Shown: positions 48,306-58,006, counted from the stretch's first letter. The stretch: 61,691 nt of DNA from an uncultured Methanosarcinales archaeon (GCA_964587045.1 CAZPJY010000001.1:62001-123691), one strand, 5' to 3'. Made by a program: numbers and translations. The notes: generated by a model not told the origin, from the sequence alone.

Positions 48306-49429
48306 TTACATGAGATCCTTGAGCGCGGGATCTAGTTTCCTTTTCGGGCCCACTTCGGGCTTCTTTTCATCCGGAGGTTCTTCCTGTGGTTGTTCTTCTT
48401 CTGGTTGCTCTTCAGGAACTTCTTGTGGTTGTTCTTCTGGGGTTTCTTCTTCTGGTTGCTCTTCAGGNNNNNNNNNNNNNNNNNNNNNNNNNNNNNNNNN
48501 NNNNNNNNNNNNNNNNNNNNNNNNNNNNNNNNNNNNNNNNNNNNNNNNNNNNNNNNNNNNNNNNNNNCAGGAACTTCTTGTGGTTGTTCTTCTGGGGTTT
48601 CTTCTTCTGGTTGCTCTTCAGGAACTTCTTGTGGTTGTTCTTCTGGGGTTTCTTCTTCTGGTTGCTCTTCAGGCTGTTCTTTTGTTGGCGCTTCTTCGGC
48701 TTCTTCTTGTGGTTGCTCTTCTGAGGGCTCTTCCTCTTCTATCTGCTCAGGAGCTACGGGTTTCTCACTTTCTGCTTCCTCCTGAGGCCTCTCATCGACG
48801 ACTTCAAGCATCCCAAGCTTCTCCCCCTCATCCTTGTCCAGCTCCTTGGGCTCCTCAGGGGCCTTCTCCTCGTCGTACACTTCAAGCCCTCCCAGCTTCT
48901 TCTTATCAAAGGCCTCGGTTATCTTCTTCTGGCCGTCAGCTAGCCTGACACTCTTGAGGATGTCCTTGATGCCCTTGTCACCCTCGATATCAAAATACTC
49001 GAAGAATTTCTCGGAGAGCTTCACCAGGTAAGTCCGGCCGTACTTCTCCTTCTTGAGAAAGCCGAGTTCCTCAAGCTCTTTGATGTGTTCGTAGCCCTTG
49101 TTCCCTCTTATTTCTATTACTTCAGACTGCCTTACAGGACTCTTCCATGCTATGACTGCCAAGGTCTCCAGTGTGGCCTTGGAGAGCTCGGTGTCTGCGA
49201 CGATTTTCCTCACGAGAGGTAGGAAGGGCTCCCTTACGGTCATCTTCCATGAGTCTTTCTCCTCCACTATCATGAGCGGCCGACCCTCGAAGTCCTTCCT
49301 TAGGCTTTCAAGGGCCTTTTTCACAGAAGCCGTGTTGGATTCGGTAAGCCGGACGAGGTCCTCGACGCTTATCGGCTTGCCCGAGGCGAAGAGCAGAGCT
49401 TCGACCTTGTTTTGGAGTTCTTTAGACAT
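48306..49429 (-). CDS. scpB: SMC-Scp complex subunit ScpB with repetitive acidic tail; spans an assembly gap
   Basis: VEALLFAS, LETLAVIAW..PV.QSE...IRG, L.E.GF....GR..Y...F..YF. After the gap the repeat frame ends ...KRKLDPALKDLM, stop at 48306. Confidence 0.9.
48400..48675 (-). repeat. 51-nt tandem repeat (PEEQPEEETPEEQPQEV) broken by a 100-N gap
   Basis: Identical units on both sides of the N run at 48468-48567. Confidence 0.85.
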
Positions 49430-50030
49430 TGAGCCTGCCTATCATGGTATAAACTGATTTCGAATGAGTGATGATGTTTTGTTCTTCGAGCTCCTTGAGA
49501 TAGGGCTTTATACCCTTCTCATCTACGCCGACCATCTTGCATAGGGTCTTGATGTCCTTGTCGCCGTCCCTCAGCCCCAGGATGATCATGTTTTTGATGA
49601 TGATCCTCATCTTCTTGGTAATTATGGAGTTGTGGGCCTTTATCTCCCTGGCCATCGCTTCGACCTGGTGATGCTTGCCAATGAAATCATGTATGAGGTC
49701 CTTGAACCTTGCGGTCTTCATCGTAATCTTATCGGGTTCCAGTATCTCGACTGAGGAAGGCATGAAGTTGAATGTGAAGTCGAGGATGTGATGTATGTTC
49801 TTAAAGAGGATTTCGGTCTCGATGAAGGTCGAGAAGAGGCCTTCCTCCTGCGGCTCGACAGATGCCACCTCAGAGCTGAGGACCGTTAGTCTCTCCAGGC
49901 TCTTTATCTGCTTTTCCAGGTCTTTTGCTGTCTTTTCGACGTGCTCCTTTGGCTTCCCGAGGATCTCTAGGATGATCCTTGTCAGGATCGAACCTTCCTC
50001 GATTTTCTCTTTCAGTTCCTTCTTGTCCAT
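49422..50030 (-). CDS. Conserved archaeal hypothetical protein with C-terminal wHTH-like segment
   Basis: EILGKPKEHVE...FSTF.E.E...F.FMPSSVEILEP; overlaps the scpB start. Confidence 0.7.
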   Translation of the reverse strand: MDKKELKEKIEEGSILTRIILEILGKPKEHVEKTAKDLEKQIKSLERLTVLSSEVASVEPQEEGLFSTFIETEILFKNIHHILDFTFNFMPSSVEILEPDKITMKTARFKDLIHDFIGKHHQVEAMAREIKAHNSIITKKMRIIIKNMIILGLRDGDKDIKTLCKMVGVDEKGIKPYLKELEEQNIITHSKSVYTMIGRLNV

Positions 50031-50032
50031 TG

Positions 50033-51553
50033 TCAGTGCCACAAGGCGGCCAGTAAGGCCGCCATTAGCGTCAGTAAGAACAGGTAGTATATATTCTTTT
50101 TTGCTTTTATCGACGAGGATTCAAATACCACGCCTGCCGGCATTTCATCTGGTAGTGGTGGTGGCAGGGGCTCGGAATCATTCTCAACTTGAGGCTCTGG
50201 GGATTCGATGACCGCTGCCGTGTTTTTCTTTGGCAATGTTACCATGACCCAGCTGCGTATCTCCTTCCAGGTCTTCCTGCCCTTCTCTCTCGCAAGGGCC
50301 TTGACGCTGAAGTTGCCGCTCTCGTTGACGTTGTTTACCAATTCGACTGATCTGGTCTCGAAAGGTCCTAATCTGATCCTCATCATGTTGTATTCCCTTT
50401 CGCCGGAGTAGCTCTTGGAGCCGCGGTAGACGTAGCTGTAGATGTCGACATCCATCTGGATATCCTCGTTGTTGTGTAATACTATTTCACTGGTCACCTC
50501 GCTTCCTCGGGAGGATACAGGCGTCAGGGAAAAGTTGTACCCAGTTAGCTTTTTTGGCGTTGGGAAGCACTTGTTTCCAGGCTTGAGCGTTGTTTCTTCT
50601 GTCGATGAGAGTCCCAGCCCTTGGGCAGTGACTGTGATTTTTGTCGTGTTCCCGCATGGCTCGCCCATCAGTATGGGAACGCTGATTTCATATTCTGTGT
50701 ATTTCTGGGCAAGCGTAATTGACGATGTCTCCCCAAGCGCTGACACCTTGACCGTCTTCTTGCTGGACGCCCCCCTGTTTGCGGTGATCGTGGCTTTGGC
50801 TGTGCTTCCCCAGTCGTATTCCGTCTTGTCTAGCTTGAGGTCGAGGTAAGGCTTCTCTTCCTGCGCCCCGACAACAGCGAAGATTTCCTCAGCGTAATCA
50901 TCCTTAATATCAGTGTCGTTGCATCTTAGGGAAGAGATTCTGGCCTTCAGCAGGTATGCTGCGTCCGCCTCTTCTGCCTTGGCTTTCCATTTCTTGGGGT
51001 TGTTGTTCTTGGTCACAAAAGAATTCTTGATATGGTTGCCGAAGAGGTCTTCTATCCAGTACTCAATCTCAGCTCCGAATGAGAAGAGGGTATCATTCTC
51101 GAGTTCGGGCACGAATTCGACGGTTTCGCCCTCAAAATAAACCTTGCGCGGGAGTTTCAGCCGTATCGATGCTTCGCAGGGGATCGTAGACGTGTCTATC
51201 GCAGTTATGTTTGAACAAGCGATGTCCGAACCCACATCCCCGCATAGGGTGTAGTTTCCGGGCTTGGGGAAGATGACACTGCCTGTCTTTGATTTGGTGT
51301 ACCACTTTATGCCTTCGACGAAGACTGTGCTGTTCGTAGACCTGCCATCACTCGTCAATGTCATGATAAGGGTCACATTGGCCGTTATGTTGTCCCCCTG
51401 CTGGTAGTCTTCCCTTGTAATCTTGAATGGCCCTCCGTACTCAAGACCTGTGATCACTTCGCCAGGCAGGGTCACTTCGATGGAGAGATTAGCGTATGCA
51501 GGGGACGCAAAGAATAGAATGAGTGTCAATGCGAGTGCGCGGTTCCCCTGCAT
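50033..51553 (-). CDS. Secreted, C-terminally anchored beta-rich surface protein
   Basis: Signal peptide (...ASPAYA), many NxS/T sequons, C-terminal TM helix. Confidence 0.7.
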   Translation of the reverse strand: MQGNRALALTLILFFASPAYANLSIEVTLPGEVITGLEYGGPFKITREDYQQGDNITANVTLIMTLTSDGRSTNSTVFVEGIKWYTKSKTGSVIFPKPGNYTLCGDVGSDIACSNITAIDTSTIPCEASIRLKLPRKVYFEGETVEFVPELENDTLFSFGAEIEYWIEDLFGNHIKNSFVTKNNNPKKWKAKAEEADAAYLLKARISSLRCNDTDIKDDYAEEIFAVVGAQEEKPYLDLKLDKTEYDWGSTAKATITANRGASSKKTVKVSALGETSSITLAQKYTEYEISVPILMGEPCGNTTKITVTAQGLGLSSTEETTLKPGNKCFPTPKKLTGYNFSLTPVSSRGSEVTSEIVLHNNEDIQMDVDIYSYVYRGSKSYSGEREYNMMRIRLGPFETRSVELVNNVNESGNFSVKALAREKGRKTWKEIRSWVMVTLPKKNTAAVIESPEPQVENDSEPLPPPLPDEMPAGVVFESSSIKAKKNIYYLFLLTLMAALLAALWH

Positions 51554-51593
51554 GGAGGATTGTCCAAAGACGGGCTTCTTATGGCTTGCTTGC

Positions 51594-52151
51594 CTATCTT
51601 CGGAAAGGTTGCATCAACCAAGAGCCTATACCTTTTTTTTGGAACAACTCATCTGGCACGTCCCACATATCAAAATCGATGAAATACATTTTCTTCTTAT
51701 GTGGAGACCAGAGGACATTGTGCTCCAAGCCCGAATCGTGAATCTCTATTCCAAGGTCTTCGAACTTACTACATTCCTTTTTATAGATGTGATTAAGGCG
51801 GTGACTTGAGATAAGCGTGAGGTCCTGCTCGACAATCTCAATCGCAAGACCCCAATGGACCGAATTCGGCTTGAATTTTTTTAAAATATAATGTGTGGAC
51901 CCACCTCCTATTTTACACCAACGGTCGATGGTCTTTTCGAAATATTCAGGCACCTTCACCTTGATCATCTTAAGGTAGCGGGGGACTGGGAGTCCAAGGC
52001 TCCTGAAGAGCCTGCCTAATTTGAGATCTCGCTTTAAACCCTTGGTATACCCTTCCATGCTCACCAACACGCCGATGTGATCATGGCCTCTCAGATGGAA
52101 GAATGCAGAATTGCCCCCATATCCGATGCATGTTCCGAGCAGGTAAGCCAT
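51594..52151 (-). CDS. Small atypical protein kinase-like protein
   Basis: IGYGGNS Gly loop, LGLPVP, HD....NVL, FIDFD; start re-called at ATG 52151. Confidence 0.5.
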   Translation of the reverse strand: MAYLLGTCIGYGGNSAFFHLRGHDHIGVLVSMEGYTKGLKRDLKLGRLFRSLGLPVPRYLKMIKVKVPEYFEKTIDRWCKIGGGSTHYILKKFKPNSVHWGLAIEIVEQDLTLISSHRLNHIYKKECSKFEDLGIEIHDSGLEHNVLWSPHKKKMYFIDFDMWDVPDELFQKKGIGSWLMQPFRR

Positions 52152-52176
52152 ACAATATTTTAGGGAACAGGAATAT

Positions 52177-53142
52177 TTAAGCGTGTTGCCAGATGCCCGG
52201 GATCTTTGTCCCACAGCTGCACTGGCCCTGCCCTCTCGGCACGACCTTCTTGCACGATGGGCAACGGGTCTCAATCTTCGCTGGTATGTTGCCCAGGTAG
52301 ACGAAATCAAGCTTCTCAGAGGCTATCTCAAATGCCTTCTGCAAGGTGTCAATCGGTGTCGGAGGCACGTCGGACATGTTGTGGTGGGGGAAGAACCTCG
52401 AAAAGTGCAGCGGCGTGTCCCTGCCCAGGTGCTCCGAGACCCAGTCCACAAGGCCATGTATACCTTTCTCGGAATCGTTGTGCCCCGGGATGATCAGGTT
52501 AGTGACCTCCACCCACACACCCTTCTTTTTCAGGATTTCGAGGCTTCTGAGCACCGGCGCAAGCCTTGCCTTGCACACCTTCCTGTAGAACTCGTCGGAG
52601 ATCGATTTGAGGTCGACATTCGCCGCGTCGATGAGCGGGATGAGCTCCTCAAGGGGCTTTTCGTTGATGAACCCGTTGGTGACCATGACATTCAGGAGGC
52701 CCTCCTTCCTGGCCTGCTCTGCTGTGTCATACATGAACTCGTAGAATATCGTGGGCTCGTTGTACGTGTACGCTATGCTTTCGCACCCTTCCCTCTTTGC
52801 GGCTCTGATTATATCTTTGATGGCGGTCTCGGGCGTCGATGCTGAAGGTGAGGCTGTCGAGATCTCCCAGTTCTGGCAGTGGTCGCAGGAGAGGTTGCAG
52901 CCGACTGTGCCAACAGAGAGCGCTCTTGAGCCTGGCAGGACGTGGTAGAAAGGCTTCTTCTCAATCGGGTCGATGTGGACTGAGATCGGCTTTTCGTAGA
53001 CAGTGGTCTTAAGCGCGCCGCCGATGTTTTTGCGCACCTTGCATATGCCAGTTGAGCCTTCGCCTATCACGCAGTTGTGCGGACAGAGGTTGCATCGAAC
53101 CTTGTTTCCCTCAAGCTTGGTGGCGAAGCGTGCGTCATGCAT
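52177..53142 (-). CDS. amrS: AmmeMemoRadiSam system radical SAM enzyme
   Basis: C.LCPH.C, DPIEKKP.YH..PG, GCNLSCDHCQNW.IS, YTYNEP, NVDLK, PLHFSRFFP. Confidence 0.88.
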   Translation of the reverse strand: MHDARFATKLEGNKVRCNLCPHNCVIGEGSTGICKVRKNIGGALKTTVYEKPISVHIDPIEKKPFYHVLPGSRALSVGTVGCNLSCDHCQNWEISTASPSASTPETAIKDIIRAAKREGCESIAYTYNEPTIFYEFMYDTAEQARKEGLLNVMVTNGFINEKPLEELIPLIDAANVDLKSISDEFYRKVCKARLAPVLRSLEILKKKGVWVEVTNLIIPGHNDSEKGIHGLVDWVSEHLGRDTPLHFSRFFPHHNMSDVPPTPIDTLQKAFEIASEKLDFVYLGNIPAKIETRCPSCKKVVPRGQGQCSCGTKIPGIWQHA

Positions 53143-53274
53143 ATGACATGGCTATCCAAGACTTCAATTTAAAATTTTCCTTACCGACTATAGGGGTTGT
53201 GTTACCATCCTGTAATACTACATAAAGTTTTAATAGGATGCCGCCTGTATTGGCACTTGAGGCTGGGGGGACCT

Positions 53275-54060
53275 ATGGGAATATTGAAGTTCTTCAAAAA
53301 AGAGAAGCCGCATGAAAACATCAATCTAGACCTCCCGCCGCTTCCAGACGACTCTCCAGGGGTCTCAGACCTGCCTGATGCTCCGATGCCCACGCTGCCT
53401 GCCGGACCACCTCCATCTGTCCCCAAGCCGCTACCGGACCTCCCAGAGGAAGATATCTCAATCCCCAAAGTCCCAAAGGCCAGCGATGAGTTGGAGTCAG
53501 AATTGCCCATGCCCCCGCCTCTTGCGGATATACACAAAGAATTGCCCAAGGGCGTCAAGGGAGAAGAGCACAATCTCCCGCTCGACGAAAGCCTGCCGCC
53601 GCTGCCGAAAACGCCGGAATTCACGCCCATATCGTCTCCGGCTGAGATGAGGGAAGAGCTCCCACCCATGCCCAAGCCAAAGTTTGAGCCCACCAAGGAA
53701 CCGTCGGCCAAGGTGCTTCCGTCATTGCCCAATTTCGGGCCGCAGCCCAGGATGGAGGTGAAGAAGCCTGTCTTGAGGCCGCTGCCTGACTTCGCCCCTG
53801 AGGAATACATGGGGCGGTCGCGCACGTTCGCTAGGCATTCACATTTACAAGGACCACTGTTTGTGGACATCGAGCAGTTCAGAGCTGTGCTCGATGCTGT
53901 TAACACTATGAGAGATGAACTGAAACAGGGAGAGGATATGGCTTTCCGCCTGGTAAACATCCATAACAACCGAGAAAAGGAGTTCCAGACCTTGCATACG
54001 CAGATCGAGGACATCCAGAGAAAACTCATATTCATGGACAAGACCCTGTTCGAACGGTAG
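53275..54060 (+). CDS. Pro-rich protein with C-terminal coiled coil
   Basis: MGILKFFKK amphipathic start, Pro-rich linker, PLFVDIEQF...IQRKLIFMDKTLFE. Confidence 0.7.
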   Translation: MGILKFFKKEKPHENINLDLPPLPDDSPGVSDLPDAPMPTLPAGPPPSVPKPLPDLPEEDISIPKVPKASDELESELPMPPPLADIHKELPKGVKGEEHNLPLDESLPPLPKTPEFTPISSPAEMREELPPMPKPKFEPTKEPSAKVLPSLPNFGPQPRMEVKKPVLRPLPDFAPEEYMGRSRTFARHSHLQGPLFVDIEQFRAVLDAVNTMRDELKQGEDMAFRLVNIHNNREKEFQTLHTQIEDIQRKLIFMDKTLFER

Positions 54061-54065
54061 GAGGA

Positions 54066-54299
54066 ATGAAAATGAAAGAAGGCGTTCCTGTTTTTGTCAA
54101 AATCGACGAGTTCAAAGACTTGCTCGATGTTATGTCGCTCATCAAGGACAAGGTCGAGGAATCGAGGGCAACTCTCGGCAGGCTCAATGAAATCAAGAAC
54201 GAGGAGGATGCCGAGCTCGACCAATGGAAAAACGAGCTGGACGAGATAGAGAGGAAGCTACACTACATCGACCGCTCCCTCTTCCAGCAGAATCAGTGA
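54066..54299 (+). CDS. Small coiled-coil protein, paralog of the previous C-terminal domain
   Basis: PVFVKIDEF...IERKLHYIDRSLFQ; AGGAGG RBS. Confidence 0.75.
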   Translation: MKMKEGVPVFVKIDEFKDLLDVMSLIKDKVEESRATLGRLNEIKNEEDAELDQWKNELDEIERKLHYIDRSLFQQNQ

Positions 54300-54304
54300 G
54301 GATT

Positions 54305-54673
54305 ATGGACAAGACCGCGCGCGATGACATCCTGTTTGTGGGTATCACCCAGCCAATAGAGGTGAGACGGAACCTGCTGGAATGCTCTAAGGTGATGGTG
54401 CAGGGCCTTCAGAGGTACCAGCGCAGCCTCGATTTGAGAGAGCGTAAGCTCGAGCAGGTGGAGCGCCTCAGGGTCAACCTGAGAGAGCTGACCATCCTGG
54501 TCCAGAAGCTCAGGAGGCTGCTTCCCAAGACGGACCTGCGGGCTTTGAAAGCCCCTCCCAAGCCTCCCAAATCTGCTCCCTCTGAGCAGCATGAAAGGCC
54601 TGAGCCCACAGAGCTCTCGCGCCTCGAGGACGAGCTGTCTGAGATAGAGTCAAAGCTTGCGCGGCTTTCTTAA
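54305..54673 (+). CDS. Coiled-coil hypothetical protein
   Basis: LFVGI..P.EVRR.LLE.SK...EL..LE.EL..IE.KL..L; GAGG RBS before ATG 54305. Confidence 0.7.
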   Translation: MDKTARDDILFVGITQPIEVRRNLLECSKVMVQGLQRYQRSLDLRERKLEQVERLRVNLRELTILVQKLRRLLPKTDLRALKAPPKPPKSAPSEQHERPEPTELSRLEDELSEIESKLARLS

Positions 54674-55024
54674 CTTCTCAAGCTTCCTTATATACAGCGC
54701 CTGGTTCTTGGAAAACTGCTTGGCTAGGCGTCTCATCGGCTCGAACTTGACTTTTTCAGCCTGAAGGGTGTAGAATCTGAGCAGCGCAGCCTCCCTCCAG
54801 TGAGCCTTGAGAAGCCATGTCCTCGCATCCCTTCCCTCAGGAGGCATGGAGCCGTCCACAAGAGAGAAAAGCTGCCCAGCGTGCTTTATCTTCGCTTTGG
54901 CAAGTAATAGGAAAACCTTCTGTTTATTTGGGCTGACCTTGTCCAGCGCCTGAAGGTAGAACAGAGCGGCGTCCAGTTCCTCAGTTACGTTGCGCCTGAT
55001 CCTGGTCAAGTCCCTGCGTCTCAT
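54650..55024 (-). CDS. Ferritin/rubrerythrin-like helical protein, degenerate
   Basis: E..AALFY...H and E....RFY repeated four-helix pattern; metal ligands incomplete. Confidence 0.45.
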   Translation of the reverse strand: MRRRDLTRIRRNVTEELDAALFYLQALDKVSPNKQKVFLLLAKAKIKHAGQLFSLVDGSMPPEGRDARTWLLKAHWREAALLRFYTLQAEKVKFEPMRRLAKQFSKNQALYIRKLEKLRKPRKL

Positions 55025-55108
55025 GGCTGGTGATAAGGGGCTTTGGGATAAAAATGTTTTGGCACGCAACCTTTTTATAGGAAGCTCGCACTCCGCTATT
55101 CCTTGCGC

Positions 55109-55230
55109 GTGGGGATACCAGAGCGGTCAAATGGGCAGGACTCAAGAGATTCTTGAGTGATGAGCGTAAGCGATGATTTGGGAAATCCTGTGGCTTAGTG
55201 CCTTCGGGGGTTCGAATCCCTCTCCCCACA
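55109..55230 (+). tRNA. tRNA-Leu(CAA) with 38-nt intron at 37/38 (55147-55184)
   Basis: Acceptor GTGGGGA/TCCCCAC plus A discriminator; anticodon stem CAGGA/TCCTG with CT-CAA-G; long variable arm; GGTTCGAATCC T-arm; BHB helix CTCA/TGGG with 3-nt bulges. Confidence 0.93.
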
Positions 55231-55231
55231 T

Positions 55232-56536
55232 ATGGAGGTAACCGCAATAGGAGGCTATGACGAGGTCGGCAGGAACATGACTGCCGTCCGCGTGGGGGAG
55301 GAGGTCGTGGTCTTCGACATGGGGCTCGCGCTCGAGCCTTACATCGCGTACGTCGAGGACGAGGACATCGTCCACGTCAAAGCAGAAGACCTCACAAGGG
55401 TCGGCGCTGTCCCAGACCTCAAGCACCTCAAAGGCGAGGTCCTTGCAATCGTCCCAACCCACGCCCATCTCGACCACATCGGTGCGATACCATACTTAAT
55501 GCACAAGTTCTCGTGCCCGGTAATATGCTCGCCATACACAGCTGCTGTGCTCAAGCGCATAGAGGAGGCCGGCGACGTGAAGGTAAAGCCCCTCACCCCC
55601 GGCAACAGCATCAAGCTTTCCGAAAGCCTGACCCTGGAGTTCGTGAGAATCACGCATTCTGTGCCGCAGAGCGTGCTTGCGGTGCTGCACACGCCTGAAG
55701 GGGCGTTCGTCTACGCAAACGACTACAAGTTCGACCTATTCCCAGTCATCGAGAAGAAGCCCAACCTGTCCAGGCTCACAAAGCTCGGAAAAGAGGGCGT
55801 CAAGGCGTTGGTCGTGGATTCTCTCTACGCTCACAAGTCTATGAAGACCCCGTCTGAGCGCATCGCGAGGGAGATGCTCCGCGAGGTCATGCTGGCGCTG
55901 GACTCCAATGGGCATGCCATGATAGTCACGACCTTCTCAAGCCACCTCGCCAGGCTGAAGTCAGTCGTGGATTTCGCCAGGGAGATGGGAAGGAAGCCCG
56001 TTTTCATCGGCCGGAGTCTGGGGCGGTATGTCGAGGCAGGCATCGAGGCCGGCATTTGGCCCGAGGACGAGGTGGAGCTCGTCACCTACCCGGACCACAT
56101 CAAGCGCAAGCTCCGGCAGATACAAAAAGAGGGTGTGGATAAGTATCTCATCGTGGTTACAGGGCACCAGGGTGAGCCCAAGGCTGTGCTTGCGAGGATG
56201 GTTTCAGGCCTGCTGCCCTTCGAATTCCGCAAGGAGGACATCGTCATCTTCTCGTGCCAGGTGATCCCCACTCCGACCAACAAGGCCAACAGGGAGGCTC
56301 TGGAGGAGCAGCTGCACAGCAAGGGGGTCAGGGTGCTGACTGATATCCACGTCTCGGGCCATGCTGCGAGGGAGGACCACAGGGAGCTTATCAACATGCT
56401 GAAGCCTGAGCACATCATACCTGCTCACGGCGGCGAGCTGTTTCGTGGTGCGATGGTGGAGTTTTCCAAGGAGCTCGGCTACGTGCCGGGCAGGACCGTC
56501 CACCTGCTAAGCAACGGCCAGAGGAGAAACATATAA
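55232..56536 (+). CDS. rnj: Ribonuclease J (beta-CASP metallo-beta-lactamase)
   Basis: GGYDEVGRNM, THAHLDHIG, HSVP, FSSH..R, TGHQGEP, HVSGHA, PAHG. Confidence 0.92.
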   Translation: MEVTAIGGYDEVGRNMTAVRVGEEVVVFDMGLALEPYIAYVEDEDIVHVKAEDLTRVGAVPDLKHLKGEVLAIVPTHAHLDHIGAIPYLMHKFSCPVICSPYTAAVLKRIEEAGDVKVKPLTPGNSIKLSESLTLEFVRITHSVPQSVLAVLHTPEGAFVYANDYKFDLFPVIEKKPNLSRLTKLGKEGVKALVVDSLYAHKSMKTPSERIAREMLREVMLALDSNGHAMIVTTFSSHLARLKSVVDFAREMGRKPVFIGRSLGRYVEAGIEAGIWPEDEVELVTYPDHIKRKLRQIQKEGVDKYLIVVTGHQGEPKAVLARMVSGLLPFEFRKEDIVIFSCQVIPTPTNKANREALEEQLHSKGVRVLTDIHVSGHAAREDHRELINMLKPEHIIPAHGGELFRGAMVEFSKELGYVPGRTVHLLSNGQRRNI

Positions 56537-56574
56537 ATATACCTTGATATTCATTCCAATGGGGGTAATTGCAA

Positions 56575-57321
56575 ATGAAACTCACACTTGACGAACCTAA
56601 ATATCTCAAGGACAGCATATCAATCATATCAGAGCTGGTCTCGGAAGGCCGGTTCAAGGTGACTCCTGACGCGATTGAGCTCGTTGCCATGGATCCGGCG
56701 AACGTGGCGATGGTCATCTTCAAGCTGCTTTCCAGCACTTTCAAGGAGTACAAGGTGGACCAGCAGACCGAGATTGCCATCCACCTGCCCAACCTCAAGC
56801 AGGTGCTGAGGCGTGTTGGAGCCAACGATGTCATCACTCTCGAGATGGAGGGGGAGAGCAAGCTCAAGATGCTCATCACTGGCAAGTCCAAGAGGACCTT
56901 CTACCTGCCTATCATAGCGCTTGACGAAAAGGAGCAGCGCGTGCCAGAGCTGACCTTCCCCTCGAAGATAACGCTGCCATCGCAGGTGCTGACCGATGCT
57001 GTCGAAGACGTCGACATCATCTCAGAGTCCGTGACCTTCTCAGTCGAGCCCAAGAAGTTCGGCATCTCGGCTGAGGGCGACCTCAACCAGGTGGACATCG
57101 AGATAAAGGACGGCGACGACATCAAGATCGACTGCACCGCCAAGGAGGCGGTAAAGGCCAAGTACTCCATCGAGTACCTGAAAAAGATGGTCGGCGGCGC
57201 CAAGCTCGCGGACAAGGTGTCTGTGCAGTTCAACAAGGACTACCCTCTGAAGCTTGACTTCACTTCGGTCGACAAGGTGCAACTCTCGTTCATCCTGGCT
57301 CCGAGGGTGGAGAACGACTGA
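56575..57321 (+). CDS. pcn: DNA polymerase sliding clamp PCNA
   Basis: AMDPANVAMV, YSIEYL, DYPL, FILAPRVE. Confidence 0.96.
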   Translation: MKLTLDEPKYLKDSISIISELVSEGRFKVTPDAIELVAMDPANVAMVIFKLLSSTFKEYKVDQQTEIAIHLPNLKQVLRRVGANDVITLEMEGESKLKMLITGKSKRTFYLPIIALDEKEQRVPELTFPSKITLPSQVLTDAVEDVDIISESVTFSVEPKKFGISAEGDLNQVDIEIKDGDDIKIDCTAKEAVKAKYSIEYLKKMVGGAKLADKVSVQFNKDYPLKLDFTSVDKVQLSFILAPRVEND

Positions 57322-57367
57322 TTTTTAACCAAAATATTTAATTATAACTAATTTCTCATCCATAATT

Positions 57368-58006
57368 ATGGGTCAGAACAGGGGCGTATGCCCTACTTGC
57401 GGGCGCGCGTTTGAGAAGATTTTCGATTATCCTTTAGTGAAATTATTGGACTTGTCTTACCTCCATCTTGAGGATGTCAAAGATAAAATACCTGCCCGGT
57501 ACCACTCAGAAGATCTCCTTGAGGCGCCGGTCGATGGCTGGAACAGGAAGTTGGTACCACCTGAGGTTCTATCATATTTCAGGGACCACTCTGACGAAGA
57601 GGAGATGATTCATACTGATAATTTTATCTATACAAGACCAAAGCAGAGCCATCAAGGAAGACCGGATTTCTATTCAAGGACTTACAACCATGCCGGTGAC
57701 GTCAAAGCCATGATTTCACCTGAAGGGGCTGTAGGCCAGTACCTCCAGGGTCTGAAAGGTCTGGTCGGTCAAGAGATTGAGCCGTTACAGATTCTGCCGG
57801 AATGGAATGAAGACATAAATTTCGAAGTGTATTATATCCCCGGGAATGAGAATTATTATCTCAACCTAATGGAGTTCGAGACCAGGTCAGAAACACTCAG
57901 GGATACAGTAATCTTACTAGGTAGTAAGAGTGCAGGAAGGTCGAACCTTGTTGATATAGTGAAAATCGGAACAATCCGGTATAGGGGGATAGTACCCTCG
58001 CATTAA
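57368..58006 (+). CDS. Hypothetical protein with N-terminal CxxC
   Basis: 212-aa ORF, CPTCG. Confidence 0.55.
   Translation: MGQNRGVCPTCGRAFEKIFDYPLVKLLDLSYLHLEDVKDKIPARYHSEDLLEAPVDGWNRKLVPPEVLSYFRDHSDEEEMIHTDNFIYTRPKQSHQGRPDFYSRTYNHAGDVKAMISPEGAVGQYLQGLKGLVGQEIEPLQILPEWNEDINFEVYYIPGNENYYLNLMEFETRSETLRDTVILLGSKSAGRSNLVDIVKIGTIRYRGIVPSH

Noticed and set aside
48400..48675. Repeat array as CRISPR
   Set aside because: Units are contiguous, in-frame coding repeats without unique spacers.
48310..48948. Ser/Gly/Cys-rich and Phe/Trp-rich plus-strand ORFs
   Set aside because: Antisense readings of the scpB tandem repeat across an N gap.
53202..54224. 340-aa Gly/Ser-rich minus-strand ORF
   Set aside because: Antisense of the Pro-rich gene and its neighbour, which have RBSs and paralogous motifs.
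55109..55230. tRNA as an integration site of a mobile element
   Set aside because: No integrase, no duplicated tRNA 3' end seen, and housekeeping genes follow directly.
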